64,000 nt of DNA from an uncultured Candidatus Binatia bacterium. GTDB lineage: Bacteria > Desulfobacterota > Binatia > Bin18. The DNA lies in contig CBDCPK010000005.1 in the NCBI GenBank assembly GCA_965220195.1, positions 899,704 through 963,703 of the forward strand, written 5' to 3'. This document shows positions 37,385 to 46,281 of this stretch, piece by piece; positions within the stretch are counted from its first letter, which is position 1, and each line of letters starts with the position of its first letter. The notes below the pieces were generated by a model. It was given only the letters and a program-made list of their open reading frames with translations, had not been told where the DNA came from and did no database searches. The translations under genes were made by a program, and so were the position numbers.

Positions 37385-38650
37385 ATGAAGACGATTTTTG
37401 TGTCGCCTCACTCCACTCGCGCCGATGCCCGCTCGCTCTCAGAAGCCCTCCAAAAGGCGCAACCGGACGATGTCGTCCTGGTCGAGCCTGGGCGTTACTC
37501 CCCGTCTCTGACCGGAGAGCGTCTGCCCTTAACCTTGCCGCCTGGCGTCCATGTCCAAGGCGCGGCCAGACAGGAGTGCATTATTGATGGAGAAGGACAC
37601 TTCTCTCCTTCCTTTCAGCCTATCCAACCGGAGCAGTCGGTCGTCGTCCTCAAGGACGGGACGAGTCTGAGTGGCGTGACCGTCACCCAGGGAGGCGGAC
37701 ACGGGATTGGCGTTCCCCCGTCAGCCTCGGTCACAGTCCGCTCGTGCACGATCAGCAACCACGGAGATCACGGCATTTTCTTATGCGGGGTGGCCGCGGC
37801 ACTCATAACAGACTGTGATTTTTCAGATAACGGACTGGAACGCTTCGAACCATCCCTGCCCCGCGGAACGGGTGCGCGCCAGGGCCATCATATTTTTGCC
37901 GAGGCCCGGGCCGGCCAACGCAACCAGCTCTCCATTACCGGCAATATCATGCGCCGCTGCTTTGCCGATGGGCTCGCCTTTATCTGTTTCTTTCCTGAAC
38001 CGGACGGGGTGTCCTTTGACGCCACGGTTTTGCGCAACACGATTGAAGACTGTGAACGGGGCGGCCTGCTATTTTCATGTTCGTTCGGACCGGCGTCTAA
38101 TAGGCAATCGCTGACCGTCGCGGACAATATCCTCCGGGATAACAAGCAGTTTGGCATCAACATCCTGACCGCCATTCCCCTGGCGGACAAGGTGCCACAA
38201 CAAGGCCAGCTCACCGCCCTGCTTGCGGGCAATACGATTGCCAACAGCCCGGTGGGCATCGCCGTTCACGGGGCGCTGGGAGAGGCCCAACATAACACCT
38301 GTCGCGTCGTGATTGATCGGAATGAGATTGCAGACTGGAAAGCCCACGCGATCCGTCTGGTCGGCGGGTCCGGCCTGGATAACGTCGAGACCACGGCCAA
38401 CCGGGTCGTGGCGACGCTCTCCCGGAATGTTTTCAACGGGCAGTCACCGGCCGTTGTGATACAGGGAGCAAGCGGAACGACGCACAGTCACACCAGCCAA
38501 AATAGGGTCACTGCCCGTGTGCTTGCCAACGATCTCGATAGCGCCGGTGACCAGCCCATTCTGGTGAGCGACGGCCGGCCCGATAATCACGCCGAGGTAC
38601 AGGCAGCGGGAGACCTCTACACACGGAAGGATGAAGACCTGCTGAGTTGA
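37385..38650 (+). CDS. right-handed parallel beta-helix repeat protein (pectin-lyase fold)
   Basis: 421 aa with repeated ...ITDCDFSDNG..., ...TGNIMRRCFADG..., ...ADNILRDN... beta-helix repeat units. Confidence 0.7.
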   Translation: MKTIFVSPHSTRADARSLSEALQKAQPDDVVLVEPGRYSPSLTGERLPLTLPPGVHVQGAARQECIIDGEGHFSPSFQPIQPEQSVVVLKDGTSLSGVTVTQGGGHGIGVPPSASVTVRSCTISNHGDHGIFLCGVAAALITDCDFSDNGLERFEPSLPRGTGARQGHHIFAEARAGQRNQLSITGNIMRRCFADGLAFICFFPEPDGVSFDATVLRNTIEDCERGGLLFSCSFGPASNRQSLTVADNILRDNKQFGINILTAIPLADKVPQQGQLTALLAGNTIANSPVGIAVHGALGEAQHNTCRVVIDRNEIADWKAHAIRLVGGSGLDNVETTANRVVATLSRNVFNGQSPAVVIQGASGTTHSHTSQNRVTARVLANDLDSAGDQPILVSDGRPDNHAEVQAAGDLYTRKDEDLLS

Positions 38651-38784
38651 GCCGCACTTGCCCGACGCTTTACGGCCTTGGTCCGACGCGCTATGACGGC
38701 GGCTGGACAGCGGCAGCCCAGACGACTCATCGGACGGGAAGACTCAGCGCCCCGCTGTCCCGACCGAGAAAAAGGAGGTATCCC

Positions 38785-39567
38785 ATGATTCGCTTAACCT
38801 TTGTCCTGCGTCGCAAACCGGAGATGTCACGGGCCGAATTCCAACAGTACTGGCGCAATGTCCATGGCCCTCTGGTAGCAAAGAGTTCCACCGCGCTGAA
38901 CATCCTGCGCTACGTCCAGGTGCACACCCTGGACGACCCCATTAACGACCAGCTTGCCGAAGCCCGCGGCGGCATGGAGGACCCCTATGACGGCGTGGCG
39001 GAAGTGTGGTGGCCCAACCGCGCGGCGCTCACCTCAGCTCTGGAGAACGCGGACGGTCAGGCTGCGGCAAAAGAACTCGTCGAGGATGAGGCGCGCTTCA
39101 TCGATCTGGCCCATTCGCCGTTGTGGTTCAACTATGAATACCCGCAGGTCAACCCGATACCGGAAGAAATGGTGGCCCGAGAATCCAGCCCGTTGGTGAA
39201 AATTTTCTTCTGTCTGCGCCATCCCGAGCATCTCAGCCTCGAACAGGCCCAGCTCTACTGGCGTACCAACCACGGCCCGGTCATTCGAGGCGTGGCCCAG
39301 GGCATGGGCATGCAGCGCTATTTCCAGGTTCACTACTACGCAGACGAGCTGGAAGATCAGCTACGGGCCAGCCGCGGGACAACCACCCCGCCCTACACCG
39401 GCCACGCCGAAGCCTGGTTCAACCGGGCCGACCTGGCCACCCTGGCCAACATCCCGGAAGCCAAACGGGCCATGGAGATCGCGGTTGATGACGAGTCTCA
39501 TTTTATTGATTTTCCGCGCTCGGCCATGTGGATAGCCAAAGAGCGCGTCTTCATTGATCGCAGATAG
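38785..39567 (+). CDS. tandem EthD-domain protein
   Basis: GGAGG RBS 7 nt before the ATG at 38785. Two repeated modules (MIRLTFVLRRKPEMSRAEFQQYWRNVHGPLV and VKIFFCLRHPEHLSLEQAQLYWRTNHGPVI). Confidence 0.65.
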   Translation: MIRLTFVLRRKPEMSRAEFQQYWRNVHGPLVAKSSTALNILRYVQVHTLDDPINDQLAEARGGMEDPYDGVAEVWWPNRAALTSALENADGQAAAKELVEDEARFIDLAHSPLWFNYEYPQVNPIPEEMVARESSPLVKIFFCLRHPEHLSLEQAQLYWRTNHGPVIRGVAQGMGMQRYFQVHYYADELEDQLRASRGTTTPPYTGHAEAWFNRADLATLANIPEAKRAMEIAVDDESHFIDFPRSAMWIAKERVFIDRR

Positions 39568-40810
39568 GCGCCCTCGCTCTGCGAGCGTATGCAGGCCGGC
39601 ATCCCTCCATACGCTCGCTGCTGCCTGCATCCGTCCGCTTGAAAGGCAGAGGTTCTTGCATAGGCATACAGCAGTCTTAGGTATTGCGTTGTGCGCGCTA
39701 GTGATGGCGTCTCCGCTCTTGGCGGACGAGCGCGTATCCCCTCAGGAAGAAGATACCACAACCTTTGCAGTGGTCGGCGGGCATATCGTCGGCCACGGGA
39801 AAGCAACGTTGGTTGTCCGGGCCGGCCGAATCGAAGCGATTACACCGGCCGCGCCGAGCACGACCTTACGGACCGTGAATGCCAACGGCCGTTATCTTGC
39901 GCCTGCCTTTATCGACAGCCACGTCCATTTAGCCTACCGCTTCAGCGCGCCTGAACTCGCCCGTGGCGGGATCGCGGCAGCGGTTGATTTGGCTGCGCCG
40001 GTTTCGTTGCTGGCAGAAGACCTGAAGCCGCTCCAAACAATTCTTGCCGGCCCGATGGTGACCGCCCTAACCGGCTACCCAACCCGGAGCTGGGGAAGCG
40101 ATGGATACGGACTGGAAATTAGTGGGGCGCAGGCGGCCCGAGAAGCAGTGGATCGCCTGCACGCAGCAGGAGCTCGGGTGATCAAGTTGCCGGTTGGCGA
40201 CGCAACAGGTGGGGGAGCCCTCTCAATGGCGAAAAATCCCTCCATACTCAGCGATCAGGAAATGAAGGCCATTGCCGATCAAGCGCACTCATATGGCATG
40301 CGCGTTGTCGCGCATGCGCTCAATGATATTGATGTTCTGCGGGCTGCGGTGGCGGGGGTTGATGTGCTTGCGCATACACCAACCGAATCCCTCGGCGACG
40401 CGACCGTGCAGGCATGGTCTGGCCGCGCCGTCATTTCCACCCTGGCCGCGTTTCCCGATTTAGCCGAGCCGGCGGAGAACCTGCGTCGTTTGCGGGCCGG
40501 CGGTGCCACCGTGCTATACGGCACCGACATGGGTTATACGACCTTTATCGGGATTAATCCCCAGGAACTCGAACTCTTAGGCAAGGCCGGTCTTGACAGT
40601 CAAGCAATTCTCGCTGCCGGGACGACGATACCGGCACAGTTTTGGAGTTTCGAGGACGGTCTTGGGACCCTCGCCCCTGGGCATGCGGCAAGCTTCCTCA
40701 TTCTCGATGCAGATCCTGAACGCGATCTTCTGACGCTTTCCCGACCAGTGGCAGTCTATCTTGATGGTGTACACATGTCCCCAATCACGGGACAAGCGGG
40801 ATCGGAGTGA
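39554..40810 (+). CDS. amidohydrolase family protein (secreted; true start uncertain, probably near 39690)
   Basis: Signal-peptide-like LGIALCALVMASPLLA, then the metal-dependent hydrolase motifs FIDSHVHLAY and ...HAL...D.... Confidence 0.7.
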   Translation: MIADRRPRSASVCRPASLHTLAAACIRPLERQRFLHRHTAVLGIALCALVMASPLLADERVSPQEEDTTTFAVVGGHIVGHGKATLVVRAGRIEAITPAAPSTTLRTVNANGRYLAPAFIDSHVHLAYRFSAPELARGGIAAAVDLAAPVSLLAEDLKPLQTILAGPMVTALTGYPTRSWGSDGYGLEISGAQAAREAVDRLHAAGARVIKLPVGDATGGGALSMAKNPSILSDQEMKAIADQAHSYGMRVVAHALNDIDVLRAAVAGVDVLAHTPTESLGDATVQAWSGRAVISTLAAFPDLAEPAENLRRLRAGGATVLYGTDMGYTTFIGINPQELELLGKAGLDSQAILAAGTTIPAQFWSFEDGLGTLAPGHAASFLILDADPERDLLTLSRPVAVYLDGVHMSPITGQAGSE

Positions 40811-40871
40811 GGGGCAGACGCCCCGAACCGAGGTGTGAAATGACCTCGGTTGAGAACCTGCCAGCGCCCCT

Positions 40872-42509
40872 TTATTTCAACACAAACCCGGCGTAGCCCC
40901 GTTCCGCCACCTCATCACACTTCTGCCGATAGGCCGGAGAGCCGCCGGCATACATCAGGAAGGTCCGTTTCTTGCCGGGGATATTCGCCCCTACAAACCA
41001 GGACGGGGTATCGAGCAGAATCGTGCCTTCGGCCACTTCGTTGACGTGCGCCGTCCAGTCGTCTTCGGCCTCTGGGGTCGCGACGATCTGGGCATACTCG
41101 TGCGCACGCATATGGCGCAGACAGTCGGTCACCCACTCGACATTCTGCTCAATACAGCGCGGGATATTGCAGAAGGTGGCCCCGTTGTGAGGGCCGACAA
41201 CCGTGAACAGGTTGGGAAAGCCGGCAGTCTGCAAGCCGAGATAGGTGCGCGGCCCATCGGCCCACTTGTCCTTGAGCGTCCGGCCACCCACCCCGCGAAT
41301 ATCGATCTGATTGAAGGCCCCGGTGACCGCATCGAAGCCCGTGGCATACACGATGACATCGCATTCATATTCGGCGTCGCTGGTCTTGATGCCCGTGGGG
41401 GTGATGCTCTCGATCGGTGTCTCGTTGAGGTCAACCAGGAGTACATTGTCCCGATTATACGCCTCGTAATAGCCGCTCTCTAAGGGGACGCGCTTGGTTC
41501 CCCACGGATGGTCCTTGGGCACCAGCTTTTCGGCGATCAGCGGGTCGTTGACGCGCTCGCGGATCTTATTGCGGACGAACTCCGTCATGGTGGCGTTGGC
41601 CTTCAGGTCCGACATGGTATCGCCGAAGTTGCCAAACCATTTGGCGAAACCGGGCTGGGCCCACAATTCTTCGTAGCGCGCCAGTCGTTCTTCCTCGGAC
41701 ACTTCGAGCGCCGAGCGTGTATCAAAGTCGTGCAGGAAGCCGGCAAAGGTCTCCCGACAGCGTTTGAAAATCTCGGGATAGCTGGCTTTGATTTTCTGCT
41801 GGGCCTCGGGGTCTATCGGTCCGTTCCTGAGCGGTGCGCAGTAATTTGGCGTACGCTGGAACACGGTCAGCTGTCCCACATTCTTGGCGACTTCGGTGAT
41901 GAGTTGGACCGCGGTCGCACCGGTGCCGATGACACACACCCGCTTATCGCTGAAATCCAGGGGCTCCTTGGGCCACTGGCCCGTATGGAAGCTCGGGCCG
42001 GTGAAGCTCTCACGGCCCGCAAAGTCGGGAATATACGGCGCGGACAGGACGCCAATGGCGGTAATCAGAAACCGTGCCTGCGCCCGCTCGCCGGTGTCAG
42101 TCTGGACCTGCCAGCACTGCGCGGCCTCGTCATAGGCTGCCGCGCCGACCCGGGTGCTGAGCCGGATGTCGCGGCGGAGGTCGAACTTATCCGCCACGTA
42201 GTTGAGATAGCGCTCGGTCTCCGGCTGGCCGGCAAAGTGTTCGCTCCAGTCCCATTCCTGCAAGAGTTCCTCCGAGAACGAATACCCATAGGTATAACTC
42301 TCGGAATCGAAACGCGCGCCCGGGTAGCGGTTCCAATACCAGGTCCCGCCCACACCCGTGCCGGCCTCGTACACCCGCACCGAGAGTCCCAACTCCCGGA
42401 GGCGGTATAACTGGTACAGGCCGGCCACCCCGGCCCCGATAATGATCGCGTCAAACTGATCGGTCGCCTGGGTACCGACGGGCTGCGGATCGTGAGAAGA
42501 CGTTGCCAT
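40872..42509 (-). CDS. Baeyer-Villiger flavin monooxygenase (cyclohexanone-monooxygenase type)
   Basis: Start MATSSHD at the ATG at 42507-42509, with GAGG upstream. FAD motif GAGVAG, BVMO fingerprint FTGPSFHTGQWP, second Rossmann motif GTGATA. Confidence 0.85.
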   Translation of the reverse strand: MATSSHDPQPVGTQATDQFDAIIIGAGVAGLYQLYRLRELGLSVRVYEAGTGVGGTWYWNRYPGARFDSESYTYGYSFSEELLQEWDWSEHFAGQPETERYLNYVADKFDLRRDIRLSTRVGAAAYDEAAQCWQVQTDTGERAQARFLITAIGVLSAPYIPDFAGRESFTGPSFHTGQWPKEPLDFSDKRVCVIGTGATAVQLITEVAKNVGQLTVFQRTPNYCAPLRNGPIDPEAQQKIKASYPEIFKRCRETFAGFLHDFDTRSALEVSEEERLARYEELWAQPGFAKWFGNFGDTMSDLKANATMTEFVRNKIRERVNDPLIAEKLVPKDHPWGTKRVPLESGYYEAYNRDNVLLVDLNETPIESITPTGIKTSDAEYECDVIVYATGFDAVTGAFNQIDIRGVGGRTLKDKWADGPRTYLGLQTAGFPNLFTVVGPHNGATFCNIPRCIEQNVEWVTDCLRHMRAHEYAQIVATPEAEDDWTAHVNEVAEGTILLDTPSWFVGANIPGKKRTFLMYAGGSPAYRQKCDEVAERGYAGFVLK

Positions 42510-42537
42510 GTTTTCCTCTGCTTCTCTGCTGTATCTA

Positions 42538-43053
42538 CTAGGCGGCCTTTCTCCGGCTTCGCGTCGTCTTGGCGGCCTTCGCGGTCGCGCGCTTTTTGGT
42601 ACTCCGTTTGGCCTTGGCTCTGGTCCGCTTCTTTTTGGCCTCATCGACCATCAACTGAATCGTCCGCCAGTCCAGCACATGGGCGATATTACCGTTCTCG
42701 TCGTGGAAACCGACCGGCCCATAGACGTTGGCCAGATAGATGGTATCAACCGGATGTGAGGTGGCTTCATGCACCGCCCCGGCCGGCTCATACACCCAAT
42801 CCCCGGCCCGCGCAGACCCGCCCCGATAGTCGAAGCCCCCGGAGATGACATAGAAATCGGCCGCACCCAGATGCGTATGGGGCGGATTCACCTGGCCCTT
42901 GTCGGCCTTGATGAGGGCGCTCCAGGCTCCGGTCTCTTTACTGATCCGCAGCACCTTGAACTGATTCCCGTCTCCGCTCTGAATCCACTCTTCTGCATCG
43001 GTCCGCACCAGGGCCGCATCCAACGCATCAAATACTTGTTTCGCTTTTGCCAT
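42538..43053 (-). CDS. cupin domain protein with C-terminal Lys/Ala/Arg-rich histone-like tail
   Basis: Cupin core (HTHLGAADFYVISGG...) followed by the tail KKKRTRAKAKRSTKKRATAKAAKTTRSRRKAA. Confidence 0.6.
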   Translation of the reverse strand: MAKAKQVFDALDAALVRTDAEEWIQSGDGNQFKVLRISKETGAWSALIKADKGQVNPPHTHLGAADFYVISGGFDYRGGSARAGDWVYEPAGAVHEATSHPVDTIYLANVYGPVGFHDENGNIAHVLDWRTIQLMVDEAKKKRTRAKAKRSTKKRATAKAAKTTRSRRKAA

Positions 43054-43111
43054 TTCGAGTCCCTCCTTTTACTATCAATTCGATCGACCATTGTAGTCAG
43101 GCCGGGCAAAA

Positions 43112-44689
43112 GTGTGCAAGGGGTTGGGCAACGAGACACGGGCCGATATTGAGCACACGCCGAACCAGGACTATAATAGTGACCAGCCGGAGAACCCTGC
43201 TCGGCAACCCATGGCACGAGCAGCCGACGAGCCGATGGCAGCGCCCACGATTGAGCGACATCGCACTGCAATCACGCGGACCGACCTCTCCCGTCCGGTC
43301 CGTCTCGCGCTTGAGGACGGCCTGATCACCCCGGAGACGAGCGTCTTTGATTATGGCTGCGGGCGGGGCACGGATATTCTGCATCTCAGACATCGGCAGA
43401 TTCCCTGCCAGGGCTGGGACCCGGCCTATTTCCCGGACACCGAGCGAACGCCGGCCGATATTGTGAATCTGGGCTATGTGGTCAACGTGATCGAAAACCC
43501 AGGCGAGCGTACCGACGCCCTCCGCCGGGCCTGGGCACTGACCCGAACAGTGCTGATTGTGTCCGCCCGACTCAGCCTCGAAGCGGCGCTCGATACGCTG
43601 ACCCCTCATACCGACGGGGGCATTACCCGCCGCGGGACCTTTCAGAAATTTTTTGAACAGCAGGAACTCCGCGAGTGGATCGACACTGTGCTCGGCGTTT
43701 CGAGCGTGCCGGCCGGACCGGGGATTTTCTATGTGTTTCGGGACCCGCAGCAACGCCAGTCTTTTGCCGCCTCGCGCTATCGCCGCCGGTTCACGGTACC
43801 GCGCCAGCGTCTCAGCGAGGTCCTGTTCGAGCAGCATAAGGCTATCCTGGAGCCGCTGATAGAATTTCTGACGGCCCGGGGTCGCTTACCGGAGGACACG
43901 GAGCTGCCCGAGACGGAAGACATTTGTCAGGCATTAGGCAGTCTCAAACGGGCCTATGGCGTCATCCGGCGCGTCACCGGCGATGAAGAGTGGAATACAA
44001 TTCGCGCCGAGCGACAGCAGGATGTTCTCCTCTATGTCGCGCTCTCACGCTTTGAGGGCCGCCCGCGCTTCACCCAGCTCCCGCGTGATTTACAGCGTGA
44101 CGTGCGCGCGTTTTTCTCGTCCTATCGCCGCGCCTGCGCGCTGGCCGACGATCTGTTGTTTTCCGCGGGCGACCGGGCTGCGGTCGATCGGGCCTGCCGG
44201 AGCGTCGCAGTCGGGAAACTGACGCGCCAGGCCCTATACGTACACGAGTCCGCCCTGCCTCAACTCCCGCCCATTCTGCGTGCCTTTGAGGGGTGTGCGC
44301 GGGCGTATATCGGGGTGGTGGAGGGCGCGAATATCATCAAGCTGCACCGCGACCAGCCCCAGGTCTCTTATCTTTCGTACCCGGACTTCGAGCGCGACCC
44401 GCACCCCGCCCTGGCCAGCTCTCTGCTCGTGCCCTTGCAGACGTTCAAGATTCGCTACCGCACCTACCGGGAGTCGCCCAACCCGCCGATTCTGCACCGC
44501 AAAGAAACCTTTATCGCCACCGACCATCCCCTGTATGAAAAATTCTCCCGCCTGACATGCCAAGAAGAGAAAAAGGGACTATACGAAAAGCCCGAGTTGA
44601 TCGGCACCCGTGAAGGCTGGCAGGTCGCCCTGGCCGCCCGCGGCCTCCGCTTGGCCGGGCACCGGCTGATGCGCAAGGCTGCGCGTTAG
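43112..44689 (+). CDS. SAM-methyltransferase-like N-terminal domain protein with large uncharacterised C-terminal domain (resembles 'DNA phosphorothioation-associated putative methyltransferase' family)
   Basis: Class I MTase motif I-like VFDYGCGRGTDIL near the N-terminus, then about 350 aa with no motif I can name. The real start is probably 43211 or 43235 (MARAADEP/MAAPTIERHRTAI). The family assignment is from memory of the motif and context, not from a search. Confidence 0.55.
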   Translation: MCKGLGNETRADIEHTPNQDYNSDQPENPARQPMARAADEPMAAPTIERHRTAITRTDLSRPVRLALEDGLITPETSVFDYGCGRGTDILHLRHRQIPCQGWDPAYFPDTERTPADIVNLGYVVNVIENPGERTDALRRAWALTRTVLIVSARLSLEAALDTLTPHTDGGITRRGTFQKFFEQQELREWIDTVLGVSSVPAGPGIFYVFRDPQQRQSFAASRYRRRFTVPRQRLSEVLFEQHKAILEPLIEFLTARGRLPEDTELPETEDICQALGSLKRAYGVIRRVTGDEEWNTIRAERQQDVLLYVALSRFEGRPRFTQLPRDLQRDVRAFFSSYRRACALADDLLFSAGDRAAVDRACRSVAVGKLTRQALYVHESALPQLPPILRAFEGCARAYIGVVEGANIIKLHRDQPQVSYLSYPDFERDPHPALASSLLVPLQTFKIRYRTYRESPNPPILHRKETFIATDHPLYEKFSRLTCQEEKKGLYEKPELIGTREGWQVALAARGLRLAGHRLMRKAAR

Positions 44690-44801
44690 GCTGGCTCACA
44701 CTTTGCCAGCAATCAGGATGACGACCTTCGTGTCTGAGGAGTGCGGCATGTTGTCCGTACATTCACCGTATGCTAGGGTACTGCCGAACAGGAGGCGATT
44801 C

Positions 44802-45077
44802 ATGTCAATTGCCGAGGCCAAGTCAGAACGCATTGAGGTCCGCACCACGCCGCATATGAAGGCATTACTGCAACGCGCGGCCACTGCTTCGCATAAGAGC
44901 GTAACGGAATTCCTGCTTGAAGCGGGCATGAGCGCCGCCGAGGACGCCCTGATAAACAGACGATTGTTCCGGCTTGACGACGAGCAGTGGCAGATATTTC
45001 AGGATGCGCTTGACCGCCCGGTCACCGGGAAACCTCGCTTGGCTCGACTGCTGGCCGAAAAGAGCGTGCTGGAGTGA
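44802..45077 (+). CDS. DUF1778 (TacA-like) antitoxin
   Basis: AGGAGG RBS. MSIAEAKSERIEVRTTPHMKALLQRAATASHKSVTEFLLEAG is an RHH-type DUF1778 antitoxin partner of GNAT toxins. Its stop overlaps the toxin start. Confidence 0.75.
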   Translation: MSIAEAKSERIEVRTTPHMKALLQRAATASHKSVTEFLLEAGMSAAEDALINRRLFRLDDEQWQIFQDALDRPVTGKPRLARLLAEKSVLE

Positions 45078-45598
45078 CAGCGGAAGCCGAATCCTATTCT
45101 CCGATTGAGAAGCTGCACGAAACCCACCGTCTCGACGCCTTTCACTGCGGGAAAGAGCCGCTTGACCGTTTCTTGAAGCGGTTTGCACTGCTCAACCAAA
45201 AGGCTGGCGGCGCGCAGACCTACGTCGTTTGTCGGGACCGTAAGCGTGTTGTCGGCTATTACAGTCTGGCAGTTGGCGCGGTTGAGCACGCAGAAGCGCC
45301 CGGCCGGGTCGGCAGGGGGTTGGCCCGGCATCCTATTCCGGTGATGCTTCTCGCCCGGCTCGCAATTGACCGGACAGAGCAGGGCAAGGGTTTGGGCAAG
45401 GCACTCCTCAAAGATGCCCTGCTCAGGACCGCTCAAGCCGCAGACATTGCCGGCATCCGGGCGCTTCTTGTCCACGCCAAGGACGATGAGGCGCGGGTCT
45501 GGTATGAGAATCTGGAATTCGAGCCCAGTCCGACCGACCCCTACCATCTCTTCCTGCTGATGAAGGACCTGCGGGCACTCCTGAGCAATAGGCCATAA
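45074..45598 (+). CDS. GNAT family N-acetyltransferase toxin (TacT-like)
   Basis: GNAT acetyl-CoA motif (QGKGLGKALL) and 4-nt overlap coupling to the DUF1778 gene. Confidence 0.8.
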   Translation: MTAEAESYSPIEKLHETHRLDAFHCGKEPLDRFLKRFALLNQKAGGAQTYVVCRDRKRVVGYYSLAVGAVEHAEAPGRVGRGLARHPIPVMLLARLAIDRTEQGKGLGKALLKDALLRTAQAADIAGIRALLVHAKDDEARVWYENLEFEPSPTDPYHLFLLMKDLRALLSNRP

Positions 45599-45644
45599 GT
45601 CTCCTATTTCTTGCAAAATAGAAATGGATTTCTAAAATGCAAGA

Positions 45645-45917
45645 ATGCTGGCACGAAAAATCACAGCGGTTCTGCGCGCCCGGCAGCGGTCCTACCCGTC
45701 AGAAGAGGCGAAGATTCTTATCGCCGTCAAGCTCTATGAGATGGGTCGATTATCCACCGGTGCGGTAGCGAAGTTTGCCGGTGTACCCAAGCCACTATTT
45801 CTGACAAAGCTGGCGGACTATGGTGGCGATACCTTCGACCTGTCAAATGAGGAGCTTCGGTCTGTAAGGAGGTCAAATTTCGCAAAGCAATCAGGAATTG
45901 AACAGTCTGTCTGGTAA
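45645..45917 (+). CDS. UPF0175 family antitoxin-like protein (orphan)
   Basis: 90 aa. ...AVKLYEMGRLSTGAVAKFAGVPKPLFLTKLADYG is the UPF0175 signature. No DUF3368 partner follows it. Confidence 0.6.
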   Translation: MLARKITAVLRARQRSYPSEEAKILIAVKLYEMGRLSTGAVAKFAGVPKPLFLTKLADYGGDTFDLSNEELRSVRRSNFAKQSGIEQSVW

Positions 45918-46208
45918 ACTGGTATTCATACGTTCGGCTTCAGGGAAATAGCTTGCAAAGACATCTTTCAGATTATCCAATTCTGTCTCCTCCAAGGGCT
46001 CTCCGATATGGTAGGCAATAAATCGGGAAGCAAAGGCGGCAGCTTGCTTCCCGCTAACGATTCTAGCTCCATTCATTAGAATCCTCTGCCACATCGGATT
46101 ATCAATCTCCCAATTCACTTGATTAATGCGCTCTAGGATGCTCTCCCAAGACAGTCTTGATCCATCAGGTTGTTCTGCATTTTTCAGTCTTATGACTGCT
46201 AGCATCAA
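45891..46208 (-). CDS. hypothetical protein (low-GC), last gene of the DUF4007/P-loop operon
   Basis: 105-aa ORF 73 bp downstream of the P-loop gene on the same strand. GC is visibly lower than in neighbouring genes. Confidence 0.4.
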   Translation of the reverse strand: MMLAVIRLKNAEQPDGSRLSWESILERINQVNWEIDNPMWQRILMNGARIVSGKQAAAFASRFIAYHIGEPLEETELDNLKDVFASYFPEAERMNTSLPDRLFNS

Positions 46209-46281
46209 CGATAATTGAGAAATTGGCTTCCCTAGGAGCAGACTTCCCCTTATCTCTATTCGCTTCTCATCTCCACCCTCC

